From contig JAQVOS010000001.1 of the NCBI GenBank assembly GCA_028702495.1, positions 10,383-74,382 on the forward strand: 64,000 nt of DNA, read 5' to 3'. The stretch comes from Bacilli bacterium. Its GTDB lineage: Bacteria > Bacillota_I > Bacilli_A > ML615J-28 > CAG-698. Below are positions 38,337 through 48,209 of this stretch, in pieces. The translations under genes and the position numbers were made by a program. Below the pieces are notes generated by a model. It did no database searches. It worked only from the letters and a program-made list of their open reading frames with translations, and had not been told where the DNA came from. Every line of letters starts with the position of its first letter. Position 1 is the stretch's first letter.

Positions 38337-41300
38337 CTATCTTACTTCCACAGTAATGGTTGTTACTTTATTAATAAGTTCAGTTAATGTATGCCCAATG
38401 AGAATGAGATTTCCTGATCCGGTTGTAAAGCGAATGATGTGATCGGTTGCGGTTCCAAACGTATTGTTGGCAATGGTAGCACTTCCATTGGTTCCCATTT
38501 CTAAATTACAATTTCCAAAAATACTACCAGTTGTTACATTGTTACTGATAAGAAGATTCTTAAGGGTTGTTCTGAAGCGGATGCTTTCAGCTGCCTGACC
38601 TATATCACGATAACGATTACTGATAACAGAATTTGTACTAATAGATGTAAATTTATTATAGGAGATGACAAAGTTCTCAAGGGTTGTGTCTGCAATACTA
38701 TTCCCGAGTCGAATGATTCCAGTGTGACTTGCAAGTCCACGTGAAGTAATAATGTTGTAACTGATTTCAACATTCGATATATTAGCTCCACCTGTCACAT
38801 AAACCAAGCCTGTGTAGTTTCCAGATTGCGAGGTGTCATACTTAAATTCCAATCCACGTATGGTAACATCGCTTGCAGTAATACCAACTGTCCCTGTAAG
38901 GATGGCTTCTTCGCTTCTCGCAAGTGTACCATTAGGATCAATATCATCATTTAATCCAACAAGGTTGATGGCTTTATTAATCATGCAGTCCCCATTGTAC
39001 GTTCCAGGAAGAATGGTAATGGTTCCCCCGGCTACAGTTGCATCAATGGCTGCTTGAATGGTGGAATAAATGGTTCCACCAATTCGATAATCAATGCCAT
39101 CAATGGTGATTGACGTGGCTTGAGTATCACTATAAACAAAGACATTTCCTTCTAAAGTTGTTAAATCATGAATAAGTATTTCAAAGGTATCTATGATTGA
39201 TGTATCAATTTTAGAAGTCGCTGTAACAATGAGTGTTCCAGCCTTTTTACAAGTAATAACACCCTCGTCAATATCCGCTAACTCTAAGTCATTGACGCTC
39301 CAGGTTACTTCTTGTAGTGTTTGAATAGGGTCAAGTTTGACGGTTAAATTGACTATTTTCCCAATTTGAGATGTATTCTCACCTTGAATCGTAAGTTTAG
39401 TTGGTAATGCTTCAACAATCATGGTAACAGTTAAATCACTTGTGATATAACTTAAGTCCTTATCCCACTTTACAAATTGAAATCCTGGAAGGATCCCAAT
39501 CGTTGGTGGCTCAACCGATGATCCTGATAGAACATCTTCTTCAGCGAGTGTGATTCCGTCATAGTCAACAAATGTGACAGTCACTTTCTTTTTGGTAATG
39601 GTTTCATAGTATTCACTGAAATACAAATGAACATAGGTAGCATCCTTCATATCTACCACTCCATCTTGAGTGATATCAGCAAGGCGGAGGGCACCACTTT
39701 CAAGGAGTGTAATCCCTGTAACATGTTTTTGAATCGCTTCAACATCACTAACATTCACGACTCCATCGAAATTGACATCTCCAAAAGTTTCATATTGGGC
39801 GTAATACCTTGAAGATGGGCTATTATTTGAATCTCTTATGTCAATGATACTTTCATTCGTTACCCCTGTTAACACACATTCAAGATCGCTTGCTGATACT
39901 TCTTGGAACGGAACCCCATCAACATATACCCATACGTTGAGTGCAAGGTCCGAACCACTGTAATCCCAGGTTACTTTGTAAGTTCCCACATCGTTTTCTA
40001 CTCTTACATTGGCGATTAAATCAAATTTTTCGGATGATATTGGAATGGGGATCGTGACTGTCGTTGCATCCTTATAATAGATTTTAACACTCACAGCGGA
40101 CATTCCGCTTATATTAGATAATCCAAAACTAGTTTGATTTTTCTTCTTCAAAGGATTGGTTGCAAGAATGTTATTCTCTTCATCTAAATATTCAATACGA
40201 TAAACATAACCCACTCCTACTTTTGAACAACTGATCATTCCAGCATCATCAAGAAGAGTACTATGATGAAACGCGAAACTTTTTTCAAATGCTTCTTTAT
40301 CTAAGTTTTCCATTGGAATAACAGAACGTTTCGCAGGAATCTCTGTCGTATCCAAAATGGTGCCCGTTCTGTCAAGAAGTCTTGTGGTGACCTTCTGTCC
40401 ATTCACTGTGACAAGAATGGCTCCGACTGTGCTTCCACCCTCAGTAAACCGATAAGCAATTTTATCGGTATTATAGGAGAGGGTAGCATCCATCGCTTGC
40501 CCTCGCTCGTTATCAGCTGATGGGGCTTGCATATAGACCGTTCCTTTAGTCGAATCCGTGGAAACGACACCTTGATATAATGGATAGCTTCTCACATAAA
40601 TATGATTATTCCCAGCCATCGCTAAATCAACACCATACTGATCAAAGAGTGCTTTCCAACGATCATATCCTGATGACTTGGAAGCTCCATTTATTCCATT
40701 AAACCATTCATAATGTTGGGCAACAAAAATGTATTGGGAGGGATTACTCTCAACCACTTGACAGAACCACTCTTGCGCTTTAATCACTTCAGCGGGGTCG
40801 GACAAGCTTTCCGTATTAAAATTGATGAATAATACATTATTATATTTGAAGTAGTAACATACTCCTTCTTCGCCATTATATCCATTTAAAGGAAAGTTAT
40901 TGACTGATTTAAAAAATTGGTTGCTGTTTTTGGAGTTGGTTCGATCCATATTATCATGGTTGCCATTCACACTAGCCCATAGGTAATTTCCGTAATGGTC
41001 ATTCGTATACATATCTTTCCAGAACGAATAACTACCACCCCAAGCAGCCACATCACCAGTAGAGTACATCATATCAACACTAGGGTCAATTCCAAGAGCT
41101 GTATCAATCATCCCCATCGCATTGATGAGTCGCCCTGGCAATGGTAAATAAGCATGCCAATCGCTTATCCATACGAAACTGAATTCTTCAGCTCCTGCCG
41201 TTTTAAAATAATGAGTACTACTCATCGTAGAAGAACCGACTTGATACATATATTCGGTATCACTTTCCAAATCGGTTAAATTAGCGGTACATGTCTGAAT

Positions 41301-41615
41301 ATTTGGATTTTCAGTAACATCTGCTCCGCTCGCAGTTTTAGATGACATTCCATCAAAGACGCTACTTGCTTTACAGACACCTGGAGAGGTCGTCGCTTCT
41401 GCCCATTCGGTATCACTTTTCTCGGTGTAGATAATTTGACCGCCACTGATTCCCTGATCCATATGCCAACTGATATTCATCTCAGTCGATGCATCTTCAC
41501 CGGGATTTGTAATGATGGTATAAGCATCAGATTCAATAGCGTTGAGTTTGAATGGATTAACAATGAGTAAAAGTGTTAAGGCCAAAAACAAAATTAAAAC
41601 CTTTTTCATATGCAT
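38337..41615 (-). CDS. Large secreted multi-domain protein: purple-acid-phosphatase-like metallophosphoesterase, Listeria-Bacteroides repeat, type-I dockerin-like segment, Ig-like (Big_2-like) domain, C-terminal parallel beta-helix
   Basis: Signal peptide MHMKKVLILFLALTLLLIV; GNHDNMD metallophos motif; dockerin-like DVNFDGVVNVSDVEAIQKHV…ADITQDGVVDMKDATYVHLY; PbH1-like NxxxN repeats in the C-terminus. Confidence 0.6.
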   Translation of the reverse strand: MHMKKVLILFLALTLLLIVNPFKLNAIESDAYTIITNPGEDASTEMNISWHMDQGISGGQIIYTEKSDTEWAEATTSPGVCKASSVFDGMSSKTASGADVTENPNIQTCTANLTDLESDTEYMYQVGSSTMSSTHYFKTAGAEEFSFVWISDWHAYLPLPGRLINAMGMIDTALGIDPSVDMMYSTGDVAAWGGSYSFWKDMYTNDHYGNYLWASVNGNHDNMDRTNSKNSNQFFKSVNNFPLNGYNGEEGVCYYFKYNNVLFINFNTESLSDPAEVIKAQEWFCQVVESNPSQYIFVAQHYEWFNGINGASKSSGYDRWKALFDQYGVDLAMAGNNHIYVRSYPLYQGVVSTDSTKGTVYMQAPSADNERGQAMDATLSYNTDKIAYRFTEGGSTVGAILVTVNGQKVTTRLLDRTGTILDTTEIPAKRSVIPMENLDKEAFEKSFAFHHSTLLDDAGMISCSKVGVGYVYRIEYLDEENNILATNPLKKKNQTSFGLSNISGMSAVSVKIYYKDATTVTIPIPISSEKFDLIANVRVENDVGTYKVTWDYSGSDLALNVWVYVDGVPFQEVSASDLECVLTGVTNESIIDIRDSNNSPSSRYYAQYETFGDVNFDGVVNVSDVEAIQKHVTGITLLESGALRLADITQDGVVDMKDATYVHLYFSEYYETITKKKVTVTFVDYDGITLAEEDVLSGSSVEPPTIGILPGFQFVKWDKDLSYITSDLTVTMIVEALPTKLTIQGENTSQIGKIVNLTVKLDPIQTLQEVTWSVNDLELADIDEGVITCKKAGTLIVTATSKIDTSIIDTFEILIHDLTTLEGNVFVYSDTQATSITIDGIDYRIGGTIYSTIQAAIDATVAGGTITILPGTYNGDCMINKAINLVGLNDDIDPNGTLARSEEAILTGTVGITASDVTIRGLEFKYDTSQSGNYTGLVYVTGGANISNVEISYNIITSRGLASHTGIIRLGNSIADTTLENFVISYNKFTSISTNSVISNRYRDIGQAAESIRFRTTLKNLLISNNVTTGSIFGNCNLEMGTNGSATIANNTFGTATDHIIRFTTGSGNLILIGHTLTELINKVTTITVEVR

Positions 41616-41723
41616 TCATCCTTTCTAAATACACACCATTATAACACGGGCGTATTTACATGACAATACCTTACCAAAAAATTGGTTTAATTATTTGTTT
41701 ATTTTCTTGTTTCATTCAATTTC

Positions 41724-41752
41724 TTGACAGACCCAATTGATTTGATTATAAT
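41724..41752 (+). promoter_or_regulatory. Consensus sigma-A promoter TTGACA-17-TATAAT for pepF
   Basis: TTGACA 41724-41729, TATAAT 41747-41752. Confidence 0.6.
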
Positions 41753-41784
41753 AGGAACAAACTATCAAAGAAAGGATATTTACT

Positions 41785-43539
41785 ATGTATACTTGGAATT
41801 TAAATCGTCTTTATCAGGGACTTGATGATCCTAAATGGATCGAAGATTTATCTCGGGCGGATGCACTGATTGAAAAGCAACGCACACTCATGGAAAATTC
41901 CCATGATGTTCCCCCTCTTCAATTTTTAAAAGAAGCACTACTCCTAGATGAAGAATTGAGTTCTCTTTTTGCAATGCTTTTTCAATACGTGAGCCTCACG
42001 CTTGCAACCGATGTTGCCAACACTACTTTCAACAATGCAATGATGATGCTTCGCAAAAAAGCAATTCAGACAACTCTTCCTGAAACTCAATTTAAAAAAT
42101 ACGTTTCTTCGCTCGATGGTTTAGAAACCATCATTGAGGAAGACCCCTTTTTTCAAGAATATCGCTTTGCTCTCTTAGAAATCAAAGATGAAGCTCGTCA
42201 TTTGATGTCAAATGAAGAAGAAGTTTTAGCCTCTGAACTTGCTCAAAGTGGAGGATCTCTCCATGGTAAAATGCAAGGTGATTTAACATCAACTTTAGAA
42301 GTCGCTTATCAAGATAAAAAGGTGAATCTCTCCCATATCCGTAATCTCGCATATGATGCAGATCCAACCGTTCGTAAAGCGGCTTATTTATCTGAAATGA
42401 AGAGTTATGATGCCATTGCAAAGCCCATGAGTTATGCCCTTCATGGAATCAAAAAAGAAGTACTAACACTATCTAAAAAACGTGGCTTCGCTTCTCCTTT
42501 AGATGAAACACTTTATAAGAGTCGCCTAACACCCAAAGCTTTAGACGCCCTCATCCAAGCGATGGAAGAATCACTCCCTGCTTTTCGGCATTATCTTAAG
42601 CGTAAAGGAACCTTGTTAGGACATGCAAACGGGCTTCCTTTCTATGACCTATTTGCCCCCATGGGGAACCTGACCTCCACTTATACCATTCCTGAAGCTC
42701 AAGCATTTATCTCAAAACATTTTGCGACTTTTTCTTCAGACTTAGAAGCTATGGCAAATCGTGCCTTCACTGAGGATTGGGTGGATTATCTTCCTAAAGA
42801 GGGAAAACGCGGTGGTGCTTTTTGTAGTTCCATCTATCCCCTTCACGAAAGTCGAATCCTAACCAATTTTGGTGGTACCATGGGTGATATCTCTACCCTC
42901 GCTCATGAACTAGGTCATGCTTATCATAATGTTCACATTGGAAAAGAACGCATCCTCAATACTTCTTATCCCATGCCAATCGCTGAAACAGCTTCAATTT
43001 TCTGTGAAACCTTAGTCAAACGAGCTGCTTTCAATGAAGCAAAAACCAAAGAAGAAAAAATCGGTATGATTGAACAAGAGCTGCAAGATTCAACCCAAGT
43101 CATTGTTGATATCTTGAGTCGTTATTACTTTGAATCAGCAGTCTTTAAACGAAGCGAAAATGAATTCTTAAATGAGAAAACTCTCGATACCATCATGAAA
43201 GAAGCGCAACTTGCAACCTATGGTGACGGTCTAGACCCTAATGCATTACATCCTAAAATGTGGATTAATAAGGGTCACTACTATTCTACAGGACGCAGTT
43301 TCTATAATTTTCCTTATGCTTTTGGCTTGTTATTTGCGAAAGGTATTTATGCCCAATATCAAAAGAAAGGTCCTACTTTTGTTAAATCAATTCAGGAATT
43401 ACTTCGTGTAACTGGAAAAGCAACACTTGTTGATGTAGCAAAATCAATTGATATCGATATCGAACAAATCGACTATTGGCGCAGTGCTTTAGGTGTTATT
43501 AAAGAAGACGTTGATCTTTTCTTAGAACTCACAAAATAG
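41785..43539 (+). CDS. pepF: Oligoendopeptidase F (M3B family zinc metallopeptidase)
   Basis: HELGHAYH zinc-binding motif; 584 aa; N-terminus MYTWNLNRLY typical of PepF. Confidence 0.85.
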   Translation: MYTWNLNRLYQGLDDPKWIEDLSRADALIEKQRTLMENSHDVPPLQFLKEALLLDEELSSLFAMLFQYVSLTLATDVANTTFNNAMMMLRKKAIQTTLPETQFKKYVSSLDGLETIIEEDPFFQEYRFALLEIKDEARHLMSNEEEVLASELAQSGGSLHGKMQGDLTSTLEVAYQDKKVNLSHIRNLAYDADPTVRKAAYLSEMKSYDAIAKPMSYALHGIKKEVLTLSKKRGFASPLDETLYKSRLTPKALDALIQAMEESLPAFRHYLKRKGTLLGHANGLPFYDLFAPMGNLTSTYTIPEAQAFISKHFATFSSDLEAMANRAFTEDWVDYLPKEGKRGGAFCSSIYPLHESRILTNFGGTMGDISTLAHELGHAYHNVHIGKERILNTSYPMPIAETASIFCETLVKRAAFNEAKTKEEKIGMIEQELQDSTQVIVDILSRYYFESAVFKRSENEFLNEKTLDTIMKEAQLATYGDGLDPNALHPKMWINKGHYYSTGRSFYNFPYAFGLLFAKGIYAQYQKKGPTFVKSIQELLRVTGKATLVDVAKSIDIDIEQIDYWRSALGVIKEDVDLFLELTK

Positions 43540-43542
43540 TTG

Positions 43543-43570
43543 AAAAACTCCACCATCGAGGTGGAGTTTT
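43543..43570. terminator. Bidirectional rho-independent terminator (AAAACTCCACC/GGTGGAGTTTT)
   Basis: 11-bp stem incorporating A/T runs on both sides, loop ATCG. Confidence 0.7.
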
Positions 43571-43573
43571 ATC

Positions 43574-44101
43574 TTATAATTTATAGTTCGATAGCTGATA
43601 TTTTTCTTCAAATCCAGGAACTAAAGCATTGACTTTTTCTTTGAGTTCAGTAATAATTTCTACGTTTGAATGTAATGAATACTTCACAACAGCAGCACTA
43701 AATGCTTCTGCATCGACTTCTATCCCCCACCTGAAATCATCTGTTAATTTATCATTAATGGATGTTTTTTGATTGATTTCTTGATTCCACTTAAGATAAG
43801 TGGCTTCATCAATCTCACACTTTTTATTGTGAGTTCGATACCATTTTAATTGCATGAATTGATAAAGGTGACGCGCTTCGTGACATAAAACACCAATAAG
43901 TTCGGTGGCAGATGCTCTTTGCAGCCATTTGCTAGAAGCATAAATCAAACTCGGTTCATTGACGCGCGTGTATGCACGAACGAGTCCTTTTGTATCATTT
44001 TCAATTTCAATAATTTGAATTTTCGGTGGTTTATAACCAAAGCAAGAAGCACATAACAAAGTCGCAAAAGTAGCATGTTTTTCAATTAATTCAAATGTCA
44101 T
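43574..44101 (-). CDS. Hypothetical small protein with HExxH (HEARH) putative zinc-metallopeptidase motif
   Basis: 175 aa; single HEARH motif; no TM segments. Confidence 0.35.
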   Translation of the reverse strand: MTFELIEKHATFATLLCASCFGYKPPKIQIIEIENDTKGLVRAYTRVNEPSLIYASSKWLQRASATELIGVLCHEARHLYQFMQLKWYRTHNKKCEIDEATYLKWNQEINQKTSINDKLTDDFRWGIEVDAEAFSAAVVKYSLHSNVEIITELKEKVNALVPGFEEKYQLSNYKL

Positions 44102-44113
44102 AATATTCCTTTC

Positions 44114-44554
44114 TTATTGTGGTAATTTCCCTCGCTTTGGGATTATCCATACTCCCAAAGCGGCAATAGTTGCCCCAATCATATCAATTCCAACATCATC
44201 GATGAGGCCAGCTCTTCCTGGAATGGCGGTTTGAATCACTTCATCCGCAATAGCAACCGTCAAGGTGTATATGAAAATACGAACAAAACGATTGAATTGA
44301 GTGGGGGCATTTGGTATTTCTTGAAAGACTAAAAGACTAGCCAAAATAAAAAACTCTCCTACATGGGCTCCTTTACGTACAAAAAGCGAAACGGTCTCAG
44401 GATTTGGCTCCATTCCTAACCATTCGAGAAAGGAGATTATGAGTTGAGCTACACGTCCACTGGTAGCACTAGAGACAACTCCTGATTGAAGGGAATTGAA
44501 AAAGATAAAAGCAATCCAAAGTCCAATACAAATCCATAGAATGGTTTTTTTCAT
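44114..44554 (-). CDS. VanZ-like family membrane protein
   Basis: 146 aa, four TM helices, composition typical of the VanZ family. Confidence 0.5.
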   Translation of the reverse strand: MKKTILWICIGLWIAFIFFNSLQSGVVSSATSGRVAQLIISFLEWLGMEPNPETVSLFVRKGAHVGEFFILASLLVFQEIPNAPTQFNRFVRIFIYTLTVAIADEVIQTAIPGRAGLIDDVGIDMIGATIAALGVWIIPKRGKLPQ

Positions 44555-44677
44555 GATTGTCCTCCTAATCTCTAGATGTTATTATTATACTTTATAATTG
44601 ACAGTTATTCAATCTCAAAACCGAATTTTTTTGCTTCTAAGATAATATTATGTTATAATGTTTCTCGTATTCTTTTC

Positions 44678-44706
44678 TTGACAAATTTTTAATCTCATGA
44701 TAAAAT
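44678..44706 (+). promoter_or_regulatory. Sigma-A promoter TTGACA-17-TAAAAT upstream of degV
   Basis: TTGACA 44678-44683, TAAAAT 44701-44706. Confidence 0.5.
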
Positions 44707-44755
44707 GTTTCTCATATCAATCACTTTGATATTCAAACTATTATAAAGGAGAAAT

Positions 44756-45616
44756 ATGATGAATCAAAAAATTGCCATTTTAACGGACTCTTCCTCTGCC
44801 ATTTATTCGTATCCCCATTCCTATAAAAACTTATTCATGATTGATTTACCCTGTTTTTTAGGAGAAGTTATGTTTACCGATTTTGCACATAATCAGAATG
44901 ATCAATTCTTTCAAGCCCTCGAAGGAGCTACAGATATCCCCAAAACTTCACAACCCTCCGTTGGAGAAATGCTCGTTCAATATGAAGCGATTCGTGATGC
45001 GGGCTATACCCATATCATTTTTTTGCCCATCTCGCGTGAACTCAGTGGAACCTACCAAAATGCTCACCTTGCAAAAGAGATTGTGAAAGGAATCGAAGTC
45101 ATCATTATTGACACTCTAACCACAACCTCTATCCTCCTCGAAATGTCCTTATTTGCTGCTAAATGGTCTAATGAAGGAAAAACCGTCGAAGAAATCGTCA
45201 CACAAATCGAAGATTTGAAAACTCGCTGGGGATATTATGTCACTGTCTCTGATCTCACCGCCCTCGTGAAAAACGGAAGATTATCCAATGCGAAAAGCTT
45301 TATCGCCAATCTCTTTCATATCAAACCCATCATTCGCTTTACCAAGGAAGGAAAACTCGTAGGTCTTCAAAATGTAAGAACATTTAAAAGGGCTTTAAAA
45401 GTTGTTGTTGACTTGCTCAAACAAGAAGCCTCGCCCACTGCAAAAATTCATTTGGTTTATGCAAAGGAATCACCCGAAGTTCGCTTTGCTTATGATTTAT
45501 TACAAGATTCTTTTCCTCATCAACCAATATACAAGTATTCCCTACCCGCAACCATTGTTGCTCATGTCGGCTTAGGAGCGATTGGTATTGGTTATTTAGA
45601 TACATCTCTTTCTTGA
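44756..45616 (+). CDS. DegV-family fatty-acid-binding protein
   Basis: N-terminal KIAILTDSSS motif; 286 aa. Confidence 0.8.
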   Translation: MMNQKIAILTDSSSAIYSYPHSYKNLFMIDLPCFLGEVMFTDFAHNQNDQFFQALEGATDIPKTSQPSVGEMLVQYEAIRDAGYTHIIFLPISRELSGTYQNAHLAKEIVKGIEVIIIDTLTTTSILLEMSLFAAKWSNEGKTVEEIVTQIEDLKTRWGYYVTVSDLTALVKNGRLSNAKSFIANLFHIKPIIRFTKEGKLVGLQNVRTFKRALKVVVDLLKQEASPTAKIHLVYAKESPEVRFAYDLLQDSFPHQPIYKYSLPATIVAHVGLGAIGIGYLDTSLS

Positions 45617-45626
45617 AAGGAAATTT

Positions 45627-46151
45627 ATGAAACTCCTGAGAATGTCAAAAATTGCCCTTTTCACTAGTATTTTATCCATTGGAACAGTATTAATTCCTCC
45701 GATACCCATCGGTGAAATTAATATTACCCTCCAAACTCTCATCATCATGATATGTGGACTCTTATTATCACCTCTTGATGCCTTTATTGCGGTGGTATTG
45801 TATCTTCTTTTAGGGATAATAGGGCTTCCTGTTTTCAGTGGATTTAAAAGTGGCTTGGGTGTATTACTTGGACCATCAGGAGGATATCTCTTCTCATTTC
45901 CCATTGCTAGTTTCCTAATCAGTCTCTTTACAAAATCCCAAAAGTTTGTTCCTTCTTTAATCATCACCTTTGTTTTTGGAGTTTTGTTTGTTCATCTCAT
46001 TGGAGCCATTTTCATGGGACTTTATCTAGAAAAAAGTTTCTTATTAGTGTTCCCCATGGTTGCTATTTTCATCCCTTTCGATATCGTAAAGTGTTTTATT
46101 GCTTCCATGCTCTCCCATCGGCTTCGCCTCATACCTTATTTTAAACGCTAA
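45627..46151 (+). CDS. bioY: Biotin ECF-transporter S component BioY
   Basis: 174 aa, five to six TM helices; conserved BioY-like blocks (…GLPVFSG…, …LGPSGGYL…). Confidence 0.7.
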   Translation: MKLLRMSKIALFTSILSIGTVLIPPIPIGEINITLQTLIIMICGLLLSPLDAFIAVVLYLLLGIIGLPVFSGFKSGLGVLLGPSGGYLFSFPIASFLISLFTKSQKFVPSLIITFVFGVLFVHLIGAIFMGLYLEKSFLLVFPMVAIFIPFDIVKCFIASMLSHRLRLIPYFKR

Positions 46152-46155
46152 AAGT

Positions 46156-46182
46156 AAAATCATTGGTACATCCAATGATTTT
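46156..46182 (+). terminator. Hairpin AAAATCATTGG/CCAATGATTTT after bioY (weak terminator)
   Basis: 11-bp stem, 5-nt loop, short T-run. Confidence 0.45.
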
Positions 46183-46183
46183 C

Positions 46184-46212
46184 TTGATTTAAAACGCTAC
46201 TTTTGCTATAAT
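46184..46212 (+). promoter_or_regulatory. Sigma-A promoter TTGATT-17-TATAAT for LRR lipoprotein gene
   Basis: TTGATT 46184-46189, TATAAT 46207-46212. Confidence 0.5.
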
Positions 46213-46233
46213 AAGTCACGTTGAGGTATGATT

Positions 46234-47277
46234 ATGAAAAAATTATTATGGATGATACTAGCTATTCTTTTAGTAGGATGTACTGATACAACGTCTATTA
46301 CCATCTCATTTCAATCAAATGGGGGCGAACAATTAGTGCCCATAATTGCCCTTCCCAATGAAGTTATTTCTCTTCCCACACCCGTAAAAATTGGACATAC
46401 TTTTGATGGGTGGCAACTTGGAAGTGACATTTTCACGACAGAAGCTTCCTTTGCCTCAGATACCACTTTGTATGCACGATGGACAAAAAACACATACATC
46501 GTAACTTTTATAGATTATAACAGCGATATACTGTCCACCCAATCCGTACGTTACCAAGAAAATGCAACACCACCAACTAGCCCTAATCGTAGTGGATATA
46601 CGTTTATCGGCTGGGATGGTTCCTTTAAGAACATCCTCACGAATACAACACTTCAAGCCATCTATCAAGAAGCAACCGAAGGCCTCATTTTTGAAGAACG
46701 TGATGAAGGATATATCGTGACAAGTTACGAAGGAAGTGCGACTTCGATTGCAATTCCAAGCATTTACAACGGACGAGATGTTGTTGCCATTGGGGTCGAT
46801 GCTTTCTTAGAAAATAAGACCCTTGTATCGGTTCATTTACCAGAGTCTTTGAAGGATATTGGCAATCGTGCTTTTTATGAATGCACCCTCTTATCCACCA
46901 TCAACATCCCATCATCCGTACTTCGCATTGGTCGTGCAGCCTTCTATAACTGTGAATCTTTGATTTCCATCACCATTCCTTCTCCTTTAGTGGATGAGAG
47001 CGCCTTCCATTATTGCTCAAATTTGAAAAATATTACCCTCCTCAATACCGTCACTACCCTTGCGAATTCTTGCTTTTATGGATGCAGTGATCTCGTTTCA
47101 ATTTATATTCCCAGCAGTGTTACTTCAATCGATAATCATCTCTTTAGTTGGTGCCCCTCACTTGTAAATGTGTATACCGATGCAGAAAATGTTAGTAACC
47201 TCCAAGCCATGAGAGATGAGATTGAACTTGTTTACCTTAATGCTAATTTTCACATTTTAGCCCTTCCACCTCAATAA
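46234..47277 (+). CDS. Surface lipoprotein with Listeria-Bacteroides (flg_new) repeats and BspA-type leucine-rich repeats
   Basis: Lipobox LLVGCTD; GYTFIGWDG repeat signature; repeated …AFYxCxxLxSIxIPSSV… LRR_5-like units; second ATG chosen for RBS spacing. Confidence 0.6.
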   Translation: MKKLLWMILAILLVGCTDTTSITISFQSNGGEQLVPIIALPNEVISLPTPVKIGHTFDGWQLGSDIFTTEASFASDTTLYARWTKNTYIVTFIDYNSDILSTQSVRYQENATPPTSPNRSGYTFIGWDGSFKNILTNTTLQAIYQEATEGLIFEERDEGYIVTSYEGSATSIAIPSIYNGRDVVAIGVDAFLENKTLVSVHLPESLKDIGNRAFYECTLLSTINIPSSVLRIGRAAFYNCESLISITIPSPLVDESAFHYCSNLKNITLLNTVTTLANSCFYGCSDLVSIYIPSSVTSIDNHLFSWCPSLVNVYTDAENVSNLQAMRDEIELVYLNANFHILALPPQ

Positions 47278-47295
47278 CCCGAGGTGGTTTTTTTA
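47266..47295 (+). terminator. Rho-independent terminator (CCACCTC/GAGGTGG + TTTTTTT)
   Basis: 7-bp GC-rich stem followed by T7. Confidence 0.7.
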
Positions 47296-47375
47296 TAAAA
47301 ACAACTAGTACCCCTTTGAATTTACTTTAATAATTCAATTAGTCATGATATAATATAACAAACTAGAGGTGTTCC

Positions 47376-48209
47376 ATGTATAAAATTCTTGAAAAACAGC
47401 GTCTTCATCCAACGGTCACTTATATGAAAATTGATGCTCCCTTGGTGAGTCGCAATGCTAAAGCGGGACAGTTTGTCATTTTACGATCTCGTCCTGAAGG
47501 CGAACGCATTCCCTTAACCATTTATGAAGCGAAAGACCAAACCATTTCAATTATATATCAAGTCGTCGGTGCATCCACTCGTTATCTTGATCAACTTGAG
47601 GTGGGTGATTCCCTAGTGGATGTTGCTGGTCCACTAGGCGTTGCAACCAAACTTGATTATGGAAATCGTATCGTGGTTGTGGGGGGTGGCTTAGGCTGTG
47701 CCATAGCTTACCCAATCGTACGTGCTTTAAAAGAAGCAGGAAAAGATGTTACTTCCATCATTGGTTTTAGATCTGGTGATCTCGTGATTCTAGAAAAGGA
47801 ATTTTCGTCCTCTTCAAAGACCATTGTTGTCACGGATGATGGCAGTTATGGTGAAAAGGGCGTGGTTACGATGCCTCTCGAACGCCTCTTAAAAAAAGAG
47901 TCCATTGATGTTGTCTATGCCGTCGGGCCCCTCGTGATGATGAAATATGTATCTCTTCTTACAAAACAGTATCAAGTAAAAACCATCGTATCGATGAATT
48001 CCATTATGGTAGATGGAACAGGCATGTGTGGCGGCTGTCGTTTAACCATCGATGGAAAGGTAAAATTTGCTTGTGTGGATGGTCCTGATTTTGATGGTCA
48101 TCTTGTCGATTTCGATGAAGCCATTGCCCGCTCAACGCTATACGCAAAACAAGAAAAGAGACGGGATGAGGCGATGTGTAATCTCTTACGGAAGGTGCCC
48201 CATGAATAA
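47376..48209 (+). CDS. nfnA: NADH-dependent reduced ferredoxin:NADP+ oxidoreductase subunit A (FAD/[2Fe-2S]; DHODH electron-transfer-subunit-like)
   Basis: C-terminal CGGC…C 2Fe-2S pattern (…MCGGCRLTIDGKVKFACVDGP…); 277 aa; immediately followed by GltD-like subunit. Confidence 0.7.
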   Translation: MYKILEKQRLHPTVTYMKIDAPLVSRNAKAGQFVILRSRPEGERIPLTIYEAKDQTISIIYQVVGASTRYLDQLEVGDSLVDVAGPLGVATKLDYGNRIVVVGGGLGCAIAYPIVRALKEAGKDVTSIIGFRSGDLVILEKEFSSSSKTIVVTDDGSYGEKGVVTMPLERLLKKESIDVVYAVGPLVMMKYVSLLTKQYQVKTIVSMNSIMVDGTGMCGGCRLTIDGKVKFACVDGPDFDGHLVDFDEAIARSTLYAKQEKRRDEAMCNLLRKVPHE

